From positions 1,144-65,143 of the forward strand of contig CAYWZA010000001.1 in assembly GCA_964462785.1 (NCBI GenBank): 64,000 nucleotides of DNA, in the 5' to 3' direction. The notes under the pieces were generated by a model. The model saw only the letters and a list, made by a program, of their open reading frames with translations. It did not search any database and had not been told where the DNA came from. The DNA is from an uncultured Candidatus Saccharibacteria bacterium (GTDB taxonomy: Bacteria; Patescibacteriota; Minisyncoccia; Phycocordibacterales; UBA2100). Below, piece by piece: positions 1 through 8,443 of the stretch; position 1 is the stretch's first letter, and each line of letters begins with the position of its first letter. Made by a program: the position numbers and the translations under genes.

Positions 1-822
1 AAATTTTTCGCCGACACGCAGGTGGTAGCGAACCGCGCCCAACGCGGGCGGGCACTTAAGGGGTTCGCTCCGCAGATTGAGGGTGCTCGCGGAAATTTTT
101 ACCGATATCGATTTGTTCCCGGAGAAGTGTACCCGGATGTGGTGAACCCAAAAGACTTCGGACAATTCCTTGACTGGGCACAAAAACATTTTTGGAAAGA
201 GCCCGCGAATAAAATGCCTGCTAGAAAATTCTCACAGATGTGCCGCTCTTTTTATGAAAACAAGACTCGCGCGCGCATTGAAAAATTTTTCCAAGAGAAC
301 GGCATCCGCGACATGGCACACATTATCAACGGCGAATCCGTACCCTCATTGAATGATTTGCTCGAAAAAGTTGATTTCGTTGCGCTCTCCAAAGGTTTGC
401 AGTCGCGTTTTCATGGTGATCTAATACTGGACAACATAATCCGCACCAAAAACGGTTTCAGCCTCGTCGATTGGCGGCAAGACTTTGGCGGGCATCTCAC
501 CATTGGCGACCGCTATTACGATCTTGCCAAACTCAACCACAACCTCACCATCAACCACGCCGTGATTAATAAAAACCTGTTTTCGGTCTCCGTGCAGGAC
601 GCGAATATCCGTTGCGAAATTATGCGCCCGAACACACTGGTTGAATGCCAGGCTGTCTTTGCAGACTTCGTGAAGAGATACGAGTACGACACTCATCGCG
701 TGGACGTGCTAACGGCACTCATCTGGCTCAACATGGCACCTCTCCATCACCACCCATTCAATCTTTTTCTCTACTACTTTGGTAAATTGCATCTATGGCG
801 CGCGCTACAAAAAAACGCATAA
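1..822 (+). CDS. Aminoglycoside-phosphotransferase/choline-kinase-fold protein (kinase-like phosphotransferase), probably 5'-truncated by the window edge
   Basis: ORF 22..822 carries the Brenner catalytic motif HGDLILDNII (HxDxxxxN) followed by LVDWRQDFGG (DFG-like), typical of the APH/ChoK kinase fold. The ORF is open to position 1, so the true start is probably upstream. Confidence 0.6.
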   Translation, partial: KFFADTQVVANRAQRGRALKGFAPQIEGARGNFYRYRFVPGEVYPDVVNPKDFGQFLDWAQKHFWKEPANKMPARKFSQMCRSFYENKTRARIEKFFQENGIRDMAHIINGESVPSLNDLLEKVDFVALSKGLQSRFHGDLILDNIIRTKNGFSLVDWRQDFGGHLTIGDRYYDLAKLNHNLTINHAVINKNLFSVSVQDANIRCEIMRPNTLVECQAVFADFVKRYEYDTHRVDVLTALIWLNMAPLHHHPFNLFLYYFGKLHLWRALQKNA

Positions 823-1328
823 GTCACCTGATTCTCGATGTGGACGGGGTCCTTACCGACGGTACTTTTTGGTATTCGTCGAAGGGCAAGGTCCTCAAGA
901 GATTCGGCCCAGACGACGCCGATGCGATACATCTCATCAAGCCGTATCTCGAGGTCTTGGCTATCTCCGGTGACAAGCGCGGATTTCCCATCACAAAGAA
1001 ACGCGTCGCAGACGATATGGGGCTTCCTCTTTTCCAAGTCAGCACGTTCGAGCGCGCGAATTGGATAGCCAAACGCTTTAAACCCGATGAGGTCGTCTAC
1101 ATGGGCGATGGCATTTTCGATGCAATGGTGTTTGCGAAAGTCGGTTATGCGATTGCACCAGCAAATGCCTCAGCAATGGTGCGCGCGCATGCTGACTTTG
1201 TAACACAGGCAGGTGGTGGTAGCGGTGCAGTCGCGGAAGCATGTTTTCATCTCCTGGAGCTTTTCTTTAAGATGCCCGACGTCTTAAACTTTCGCATCGA
1301 CGGTGGCGAATGGGCGACGAACAAATAG
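795..1328 (+). CDS. HAD-superfamily phosphatase, KdsC-like (sugar-phosphate phosphatase)
   Basis: N-terminal LILDVDGVLTDG (HAD motif I of the KdsC family) and later YMGDGIFD (motif III). The ~175-aa size is typical of the KdsC type. Confidence 0.75.
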   Translation: MARATKKRISHLILDVDGVLTDGTFWYSSKGKVLKRFGPDDADAIHLIKPYLEVLAISGDKRGFPITKKRVADDMGLPLFQVSTFERANWIAKRFKPDEVVYMGDGIFDAMVFAKVGYAIAPANASAMVRAHADFVTQAGGGSGAVAEACFHLLELFFKMPDVLNFRIDGGEWATNK

Positions 1329-1343
1329 CGTCAAGGTGAGGGG

Positions 1344-1769
1344 CTACTTCTTAGCTTGGAGAGTCCAATCCGCGAGCCTTCTCTTGAGCTGCTCGTGCAA
1401 TGGAATCTTAAGGCGGTATGTGTCGCTTTCATAATTGTCTCCTCCGCGAGGTCCATTTACGAAACTCAGAAATGCGCAGTCTTCAAGCGCGATGAACTCG
1501 TGTGCCTCTCCCTTATCCCAGTGCGTAACGTCATTGGGTTTTACGACATACGTTTCAATCTTACTGCTACCTTTTTTGCGACTATATGCGCGCATGGTAC
1601 CCCAGAGCATAAAATCCGTCTGCTGTGATTTTTTATGGAAGTGGTTGCCGCGCACTGACCCTTTCTTCGATTTCACGATGACGCAATGTTGATATGGTTC
1701 AGAGACAAAAATGTCCATGATGGTGCCGCGAGTATCCTTAAAGTCCACCTTTCGTTTTTCACGCTTCAT
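1344..1769 (-). CDS. Cupin-fold protein, FdtA/WxcM-like NDP-sugar 3,4-ketoisomerase candidate
   Basis: VRGNHFHKK...GEAHEF cupin metal motif (GxHxHK...E...H) in a 141-aa protein of the size of FdtA-type ketoisomerases. It lies next to a sugar C-methyltransferase. Confidence 0.5.
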   Translation of the reverse strand: MKREKRKVDFKDTRGTIMDIFVSEPYQHCVIVKSKKGSVRGNHFHKKSQQTDFMLWGTMRAYSRKKGSSKIETYVVKPNDVTHWDKGEAHEFIALEDCAFLSFVNGPRGGDNYESDTYRLKIPLHEQLKRRLADWTLQAKK

Positions 1770-1773
1770 ATAT

Positions 1774-3000
1774 TCATTCTACTACATGCGGGGTAATGAA
1801 CTTGAGGTGTGGATGTTTCGGACCAATCTTGTTTTTGAGAAAATCTGCGATGTTCCAAGCAAGAATGAGTGCGTGCGTCACACTGCTATCTATCGCATCG
1901 TCCGAAAGGATGGGAAGATGTGAGCCCGGCGTATATTTGCCGATCTTTAAGGGCGAGGCATCGGTCGCGAAATCAACAAGCGTCTTGTCGATGCCGCAAT
2001 AATTGAGCAGTGTATTCCCTTTCGCTGCAGCACCAATCGCGACTATTTTGCCCCCCGTAGTTCGCGCTGCAACGAGCTCTTTCAATAGATCAAGTTTGCA
2101 TTGTCGAATCTGCTGTGCAAACACCTTGAACGTTTGTTCACTGAACAACCCTGCGGCTTCTTCCGCGGCAATGTGTGCGGCAACGCTTTCGCTCGCCTGT
2201 CCCCGCCCTATGAAATAGCGCACCGAGCCACTCATATAGTCGTTCTCCTCAACATGCACGAGCGTCAGACCGAATTTCTGTACAAACGTTGCAAGTGATT
2301 TCGCGGCTGGATACGTAACGTGTTCGAGATAGATTGTATCGAAGTGACGCCGCTTCAATAGTTGCAAGAAATACGGGAATTCGATGACGAACACACCGTC
2401 ATCGCGCAGAATAGATGCGATACCCCACATGAATTCATCCGGATAGGCGATGTGATTGAAACAATTTGTTGCCGTTATGACTTTCGCCCTTCCTCGCTTA
2501 AGAATCTCCGTACACGCCTCGAAACCGAAAAAGTTATTTACCGTCGGAACGCCATCCTTTTGCGCAATCGCGGCAATATTCGGCGCTGGCTCGACTCCTT
2601 GAATTTCCGCCCCGTGTGTTTTGAACGCCGAAAGGAGCGTGCCGACATTGCTCCCTATGTCGACAACCAAATCACCTTTCTGGACACCCACGATCGTTGC
2701 GATATCCGCCGCCATGTCGGTAAAGTGCTTGATAGCAATCTTTGAATTACTTGAGTCGTAGCTGTAGTCGTTTTCTTGATAGCGTTCCTCTTTCGACACC
2801 ACATAACTGTTCATTGCAAGGCCACAGTTTTTGCACAAAAGCACCGTGAGTGGATACCGGCGCTCACGTTCGGAAATCTGCTCTTTTTTCAGAAAGAAAT
2901 CGGCCAGCGGGTGAAAGCCCAGATCAAGCACCTCCGAAAGCTCATGGGACCCGCAGAAATGGCACCTCGTGACGTTCATATGTGGGGATGAGTATGGCAT
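1774..3000 (-). CDS. NDP-hexose C-methyltransferase (TylCIII/NovU-like: Zn-ribbon + SAM MTase + C-methyltransferase C-domain)
   Basis: N-terminal CHFCGSHEL...CKNCGL zinc-ribbon, VVDIGSNVG SAM-binding motif, and a ~120-aa C-terminal domain as in sugar C-3 methyltransferases. The ORF extends to 3087; the start is more likely MPYSS at 3000 or MNVTR at 2979, divergent from the gene starting at 3010. Confidence 0.7.
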   Translation of the reverse strand: MPYSSPHMNVTRCHFCGSHELSEVLDLGFHPLADFFLKKEQISERERRYPLTVLLCKNCGLAMNSYVVSKEERYQENDYSYDSSNSKIAIKHFTDMAADIATIVGVQKGDLVVDIGSNVGTLLSAFKTHGAEIQGVEPAPNIAAIAQKDGVPTVNNFFGFEACTEILKRGRAKVITATNCFNHIAYPDEFMWGIASILRDDGVFVIEFPYFLQLLKRRHFDTIYLEHVTYPAAKSLATFVQKFGLTLVHVEENDYMSGSVRYFIGRGQASESVAAHIAAEEAAGLFSEQTFKVFAQQIRQCKLDLLKELVAARTTGGKIVAIGAAAKGNTLLNYCGIDKTLVDFATDASPLKIGKYTPGSHLPILSDDAIDSSVTHALILAWNIADFLKNKIGPKHPHLKFITPHVVE

Positions 3001-3009
3001 ACTTGAGCA

Positions 3010-3654
3010 ATGAAAACAATCCTGATCACCGGCGCGAATGGCGGAATCGGAAAGGCTGTCAACGAGGCGCTTACCGCGGACAAACACGCGGTAAACGGTT
3101 TAACTCGCGCGGATGCAGACCTCTCTGATCCCGCCGCTATCGCCTCGCTCGCCCAACGGGTTAAGAAGGATGCGCCAGTACTCGATTGGATCATTTTTTC
3201 GCACGGGTGGATCGATGCAGAAACTGACATCGAAAAGCAGGCGGTTGAAAACGTGCGCCGCACTTTCGATACCAACACGCTTTCAATCGTGTACCTTTCC
3301 CAACAGTTGCTCTCGTCTCTTTCCTCCGACGGGGGCATCATTGCGATCTCTTCGACTGCTGGCGTCAACGCGAATGGACGTTATGCGGCGTATTCTGCAT
3401 CAAAAGCTGCAGTAAACAGTTTCATGCAGGCACTTGCCAGAAATCGTCCAGAAAAAAAGTTCTTCGCTGTGTGCCCTGGACCAACTGATACTGCGATGTG
3501 GGGAAAAATCGGTGGCGAAATTGGTCGCGCGCAAGACCCACAAGAAGTCGCCGGATTGGTGCGCTCAATCATTAATGGGGATGCGGAGTACCGGAGCGGC
3601 GACATCGTCGTCGTACGCGACGGCATTACCTCAATAGTCTCGCGAATCAGTTAG
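3010..3654 (+). CDS. Short-chain dehydrogenase/reductase (SDR) family oxidoreductase
   Basis: ITGANGGIG Rossmann motif and YAAYSASKAA (catalytic YxxxK). Confidence 0.8.
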   Translation: MKTILITGANGGIGKAVNEALTADKHAVNGLTRADADLSDPAAIASLAQRVKKDAPVLDWIIFSHGWIDAETDIEKQAVENVRRTFDTNTLSIVYLSQQLLSSLSSDGGIIAISSTAGVNANGRYAAYSASKAAVNSFMQALARNRPEKKFFAVCPGPTDTAMWGKIGGEIGRAQDPQEVAGLVRSIINGDAEYRSGDIVVVRDGITSIVSRIS

Positions 3655-4020
3655 AGAGATCTTGTCGGCGACATGTGGTCCCGTTTTGAACTCATAAGCA
3701 AGTGTATCTTTAGTGAAGGTAACTTCATGGCCCCCATCAGCAAGGAAAAGACACTGCCCCGCTCGCACTATATGAACGCCGATCGTTTTCTTCTTCCGAT
3801 CGCATATTAGGACGCGTATTTCCCCCCGCACCACCACCATCGCCTCCTGGGGCTGTGTCGTCGTCTTCTTGATACGCTTATGCATGTGTTTGGGCACCGT
3901 ATGTCCTTTTTGACGATTCATTGTGAGAAGTTGTAATGGCCATGACGGATCGGTGGACGGATGCGCGCCGCGAGGAAAGTGGCGCGCATCAACGATAAGA
4001 CCGATAACCTTTCGGCCCAT
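3631..4020 (-). CDS. Cupin-fold protein (second FdtA/WxcM-like cupin)
   Basis: GHTVPKHMHKR...VVVRGE cupin HxH...E motif. The ORF runs to 4104, but I place the start at internal M (MGRKV) at 4020, which avoids overlap with the gmd stop at 4052. Confidence 0.45.
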   Translation of the reverse strand: MGRKVIGLIVDARHFPRGAHPSTDPSWPLQLLTMNRQKGHTVPKHMHKRIKKTTTQPQEAMVVVRGEIRVLICDRKKKTIGVHIVRAGQCLFLADGGHEVTFTKDTLAYEFKTGPHVADKISLTDSRDY

Positions 4021-4051
4021 CCGAATCTCCTTGATCCCGCGTACCAAGAGT

Positions 4052-5101
4052 CTACCGCTCATGTTCCAGATCGTATTCCACCATCGCGCGCACAATATCC
4101 TCAAATTTCATCTTCGGTTTCCAGCCGGTATGTTTACGCATTTTTGATGCATCACCCAAGAGTAACGGTACCTCATTTGGACGTTTGAGGGCATCGTTTG
4201 TCCTGACATACTTTTTCCAGTCAAGCCCCACAACGCCAAACGCCGCTTCGACGAACTCTTTGATAGAATGAGTCTCACCCGTGGCAACAACGAACACGTC
4301 AGGCTTCTCGAGTTGCATGATCCTATGTATGGCATCAACAAATTCCGGTGCCCAGCCCCAGTCGCGCTTGGCATCAAGATTTCCCAGCATTAGTGAATCT
4401 TGAAGACCCTTTTTGATGCGAGCGACAGCTCTCGTGACTTTCTTTGTCACGAAGTTTTCCCCTCGACGCGGACTCTCGTGGTTGAAGAGAATACCAGTTG
4501 TCGCAAAAAGTCCATACCCATGTCGATACTGCTGGGTCAAATGATATGCGGCGAGTTTGGAAACACCATAGGGGCTCTGCGGAATCATGGGCGTTTGCTC
4601 GTTAAAGGGTGTCGGTACACCGGGCGCACCGAACATTTCTGAACTCGACGCTTGATAGAAGCGTGTATGCGGGGAAAAACGTCGGATTGCGTCAAGAACT
4701 GTCAAGACACCAAGTGTGTTTGTCATCATGGTGTAGCGAGGCACCTCGAAGGAAATCCGCACCTGCGACATCGCGCCGAAATTGTAAAATTCGTCGGGTT
4801 GGATCTCGGCAACAAGGGAAACGATCGACGCATGATCGTCAAGATCGCCATAGTATTTGTGAAAATGCGGATGCTCAAAAAGACGATCAATGCGACTCGA
4901 TGTCCAAGTCGAGGTGCGCCGCATGATGCCATAAACATCGTAACCCTTATCGAGAAGTAGTTCCGCCATGTATGACCCGTCCTGTCCCGTGACTCCTGTA
5001 ATGACGGCCGACTTTCGCTTGCCATGCTTGCCGGGAGTGAAGAGCACCTTCTTTTGTGGTCCGACAATCTTAGGAAGATGGGGTCCTTTCTTCTTTGCCA
5101 T
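4052..5101 (-). CDS. gmd: GDP-mannose 4,6-dehydratase
   Basis: ITGVTGQDGSYMAELLL, YGVSKLAAY (YxxxK) and FNHESPRRG are classical GMD signatures. It carries an unusual ~28-aa Lys-rich N-terminal extension (MAKKKGPHLPKIVGPQKKVLFTPGKHGKRK). An in-frame GTG at ~5047 preceded by AAGAAGG could be the true start. Confidence 0.92.
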   Translation of the reverse strand: MAKKKGPHLPKIVGPQKKVLFTPGKHGKRKSAVITGVTGQDGSYMAELLLDKGYDVYGIMRRTSTWTSSRIDRLFEHPHFHKYYGDLDDHASIVSLVAEIQPDEFYNFGAMSQVRISFEVPRYTMMTNTLGVLTVLDAIRRFSPHTRFYQASSSEMFGAPGVPTPFNEQTPMIPQSPYGVSKLAAYHLTQQYRHGYGLFATTGILFNHESPRRGENFVTKKVTRAVARIKKGLQDSLMLGNLDAKRDWGWAPEFVDAIHRIMQLEKPDVFVVATGETHSIKEFVEAAFGVVGLDWKKYVRTNDALKRPNEVPLLLGDASKMRKHTGWKPKMKFEDIVRAMVEYDLEHER

Positions 5102-5169
5102 AATATTTTTTGCTGTGTGCTAACCATAGCATAAAAAACTTTTTGTGCTACCGTACAAAATATACCCGT

Positions 5170-5712
5170 ATGAGCCCTCTTCGATCGTATCGCGACCCGC
5201 AGGACCCCGACAAGATTATTGGGATTGAGCAACCGCACGTGGACGATGATTTTTACACACGCGTGGTTCGTTCGTTCCCCATCCCCACGGTCGATGTCGT
5301 ATTCACGATGCCGGGAGAAAATGTCCTGCACCTTGCGCGTCGAAGTGTTTTCCCTGCGGCAGAGCCCTGGGTCATCGGCGGGCGCATCTATTTTAACGAC
5401 GACACGCTCGAGGCGGCAATGGTGCGCACGATAAAGCGGGAAACGGGCATTGATATCGATGAGTCACGCCTTGTTTTCGTCATGGTCGCGTATTATTCAT
5501 GGTTGCGCATTGCACAAGGTGGTGCAGGAAAAAATATTTCTTTCACTTTTAAATTGGAGATCACGCCCGAAGAACGTGACCGTGTTGTGAAAGGACTTGT
5601 GCCGAGTGAATATGACGCTGATTTCGGTCTGCAATCGTATGACCGCGATCGCTTGGTGCGCGAAAAATGCCACCCAGTCCTCCTCGATCTATATGATGCG
5701 ATATTTCCATGA
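5170..5712 (+). CDS. Nudix hydrolase, GDP-mannose mannosyl hydrolase-like
   Basis: Degenerate Nudix box (…AAMVRTIKRETGIDID…). It is divergent from gmd and upstream of a fucosyltransferase. The ORF begins at 5110, but I prefer MSPLRSY at 5170. Confidence 0.55.
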   Translation: MSPLRSYRDPQDPDKIIGIEQPHVDDDFYTRVVRSFPIPTVDVVFTMPGENVLHLARRSVFPAAEPWVIGGRIYFNDDTLEAAMVRTIKRETGIDIDESRLVFVMVAYYSWLRIAQGGAGKNISFTFKLEITPEERDRVVKGLVPSEYDADFGLQSYDRDRLVREKCHPVLLDLYDAIFP

Positions 5713-6584
5713 TCATCACTAAAATCGCCGGTGGCCTCGGAAACCAGATGTTCCAATATGCATTTGGACGCGCGCTTGCACAGCGCAACAAAACTGAATT
5801 GCTTCTCGATATCACCATATTCGAGACATACGAATTCCATCTCTATACGATGGACCATCTCAAAATCGCTGCACGTCCCGCAACGCCACATGAACTTAAG
5901 CCATTCTTACGTAAGCGTCCACGCGGCGGTCGCATCGGACGTCGGATTCTTAATCCGCTTTTCCATGATCCGAAGCTCTATGTGCAGGAGCCGCGGTATA
6001 CATTCGTGCCCGAGATGCTTGCATTGAAAGATCCTTGTTATGTCGACGGGTATTGGCAGTCAGAGAAATATTTTTTGGATATCAAAGATACGTTGCAAAA
6101 GGAATTCACTTTAAAAGAGCCTCTGGGAGAGTATTCGCAGGGCATTGCCAAAAAGATCGCTGCCACAGAGCATCCTGTCTCGTTGCATATACGGCGCGGT
6201 GATTTTGCGCATCATCCGCGATTCAAGATCACCCACGGCGCACGTCCCCTCGCCTACTATGAACACGCGATGGACATCGTCCGCGAAAAAGTGTCCGATC
6301 CGCATTATTTCATATTCTCGGACGACATCGCATGGGCGAGGGAGAACATCAAAACCGGATTCCCGACCGAATTCATAGGCCAAGGACCTGCAAAGAATTA
6401 TGAGGATCTGGAGCTGATGCGGCTCTGCACACACCATGTTCTTTCAAACAGCACCTTCGGCTGGTGGGGCGCGTGGTTATCGGAATTCGAAAAAAAAGGA
6501 TTGAAGATAGCGCCGACACATTGGGCGGCAAAATTCGAATCGACCGACCTGGTACCAGGGCGTTGGACCAAACTTCCTTTCTGA
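5709..6584 (+). CDS. GT11 alpha-1,2-fucosyltransferase
   Basis: N-terminal GGLGNQMFQYA and central HIRRGDF motifs are diagnostic for GT11 (FutC/WbsJ-like). Start overlaps the upstream stop (ATGA). Confidence 0.85.
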   Translation: MIITKIAGGLGNQMFQYAFGRALAQRNKTELLLDITIFETYEFHLYTMDHLKIAARPATPHELKPFLRKRPRGGRIGRRILNPLFHDPKLYVQEPRYTFVPEMLALKDPCYVDGYWQSEKYFLDIKDTLQKEFTLKEPLGEYSQGIAKKIAATEHPVSLHIRRGDFAHHPRFKITHGARPLAYYEHAMDIVREKVSDPHYFIFSDDIAWARENIKTGFPTEFIGQGPAKNYEDLELMRLCTHHVLSNSTFGWWGAWLSEFEKKGLKIAPTHWAAKFESTDLVPGRWTKLPF

Positions 6585-6595
6585 TTTTTGATCTC

Positions 6596-7585
6596 TTATT
6601 TCTTTGGATTTTGCAAATACCACGTGAGAGTCTGCTGCAAACCTTTCCTCAGGGGAATTTTTGCTTCCCATCCCGTATCTTTCTTTATTTTTGAAACATC
6701 AGCGAGACGACGCTTTACACTCCCCTTGGGAGATTTTTTTACTGTGCGTTTCTTGGGGTGCCATTGCATCAGTTCAAAAATATCTTCGACAAGATCCCGA
6801 ATCAGTGTTTCTTCTTTCGTACCAATATGATATGTTCCGCCATCGGTCTTTTCTGATTCCATAACACGCTGAATTGCTTCCACCGCATCATCGATGTAGC
6901 AAAATGAGCGAGTGTCATCCGCGCCGAAAATAGTAAACGGATTTGTCTGCGCACTCACACGCCCGATGATCTCTGGAATTACATGCTCATAGCCTGCGCG
7001 CGGACCATAGAAATTGTGCGGACGCACAATCGACATACGGAAGTTGTATGCATTCGCGTAGTGAATGAAGAACAACTCGCCTATCAGTTTCTGTCCGCCA
7101 TATGACCAGCGTGGATTGTAGGTATCCGCGATCACCAACGGCACATTCTCCGGTGTCGGAAGTGGCAGTGTTCCAAATGCCTCAAGAGCGCTGCCATACG
7201 CTTCGTTTGAGGATGTATAGAGAATTTTTGCTCCTTTCTTCTTATTCTGCGTGCGGAACCAATCCAATGCGTTCATTGTCGTCGAGACACCGATACGCAA
7301 CACTTCATGCGGTATCTCGTAAAAAAGTCGCGTACCATTGATCCCGACCAGATGGTACACATGATCATATCCGCCACCGATCTTCTTCCACGAGCGCGGG
7401 TCTGTCAGATCTGCCTTGATGAACGTGACGTTTGGGCGTGCAATAAGTGCTTTGAAATCATCGTCGTGTCTGCCACGGAAAAAGTTATCGGCGATGGTGA
7501 TGTTGTATTTATTCTGATCTGCGAGCCTTTTGCCAAGGTGATACCCGACAAACCCCGCCCCACCAGTAATGAGAACGCGAGTCAT
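6596..7585 (-). CDS. NAD-dependent epimerase/dehydratase (extended SDR), UXS/ArnA-like DNFFxGR motif
   Basis: ITGGAGFVGYHLG Rossmann motif, ADNFFRGR, catalytic YGGQK (YxxxK), and NFYGP...HVIPEII. Family confident; the specific reaction (UDP-GlcA decarboxylase, 4-epimerase or GDP-fucose synthase) cannot be decided. Confidence 0.75.
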   Translation of the reverse strand: MTRVLITGGAGFVGYHLGKRLADQNKYNITIADNFFRGRHDDDFKALIARPNVTFIKADLTDPRSWKKIGGGYDHVYHLVGINGTRLFYEIPHEVLRIGVSTTMNALDWFRTQNKKKGAKILYTSSNEAYGSALEAFGTLPLPTPENVPLVIADTYNPRWSYGGQKLIGELFFIHYANAYNFRMSIVRPHNFYGPRAGYEHVIPEIIGRVSAQTNPFTIFGADDTRSFCYIDDAVEAIQRVMESEKTDGGTYHIGTKEETLIRDLVEDIFELMQWHPKKRTVKKSPKGSVKRRLADVSKIKKDTGWEAKIPLRKGLQQTLTWYLQNPKK

Positions 7586-7591
7586 GACTGT

Positions 7592-8383
7592 TTAAAGTAC
7601 CGTCGTCTTGTAGCGCTGGTTAATCTCAACGATTCCCTCAAAAAGCGACAGCCCCTTATCCTGACCAAGCAGCTTGTTTGCAAGAGCAGCGAAAGCTGCG
7701 GTATCTTTCGGAAGGCATGAGCCGCCAAAACCCCGGAAGTGCTTGTTGCAATCGAGATATACATCCTGCACATTACGGTGCTTAACAATGGCATTCTTGA
7801 TCTTTCTATAGTCCGCTCCTGCAGCCTCGCACACATCATAGAATTGATTCGCATATACCACACGCAACGCATTGAATACATTGAGAAAATATTTCGAAAA
7901 TTCTGCTTCGAGCGGCGTTACGATCGAAAACTGTTTCGGCAGAGGTTCGTGCACTTGTTTCAACATATCCGCATCTTCCGGCGTGTATGCCCCGATGATG
8001 CACACATCGTGATTTTCAATGAAATCGACATACATGGCTCGCTCACGCAAAAACTCTGGACAGAAAGCGAATCGCAGTGCCGGATGCCTTTTCGCCAATC
8101 GGTCGGTCGTACCGGGTTCAACAGTCGATTTAATGGTGACCAAACCGCGATATTTTTCCTGCGCCAAGCTTTCCGCCACTTTTTCCACGATCGACACATC
8201 GCATGCACCATCCTGCCCCAACGGAGTAGGAACACAGATAAAAACCAATTCTGTGCCAAGCACGTCATTAAGAGATGTCTCGGGCATTTTCACATCAAAA
8301 ATAGAGACATCGTGACCTATGCGCGTTATGCCGTGCCGCACAGCTGTCCCCACAAGCCCGACGCCGATGATTCCTACACGCAT
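7592..8383 (-). CDS. UDP-glucose/GDP-mannose 6-dehydrogenase family protein, short form lacking the C-terminal UDP-binding domain
   Basis: N-terminal NAD-binding MRVGIIGVGLVG and the catalytic-Cys motif GFGGSCLPKD. The protein ends ~40 aa after that motif (263 aa versus ~390-440 for canonical enzymes). Confidence 0.65.
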   Translation of the reverse strand: MRVGIIGVGLVGTAVRHGITRIGHDVSIFDVKMPETSLNDVLGTELVFICVPTPLGQDGACDVSIVEKVAESLAQEKYRGLVTIKSTVEPGTTDRLAKRHPALRFAFCPEFLRERAMYVDFIENHDVCIIGAYTPEDADMLKQVHEPLPKQFSIVTPLEAEFSKYFLNVFNALRVVYANQFYDVCEAAGADYRKIKNAIVKHRNVQDVYLDCNKHFRGFGGSCLPKDTAAFAALANKLLGQDKGLSLFEGIVEINQRYKTTVL

Positions 8384-8443
8384 ACGTTCACTTTATACAT
8401 GACCAGACTGCGCCCCGCAATAAGGGTACGGAATGATGCGTCT

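Noticed and set aside
5102-5169. Putative sigma-70-like promoter elements (TTGTGC … TATACC) between divergent gmd and Nudix genes
   Set aside because: The candidate -35/-10 hexamers have a 12-nt spacing, too short for a canonical promoter, and promoter consensus for this lineage is unknown. Not reported as a feature.
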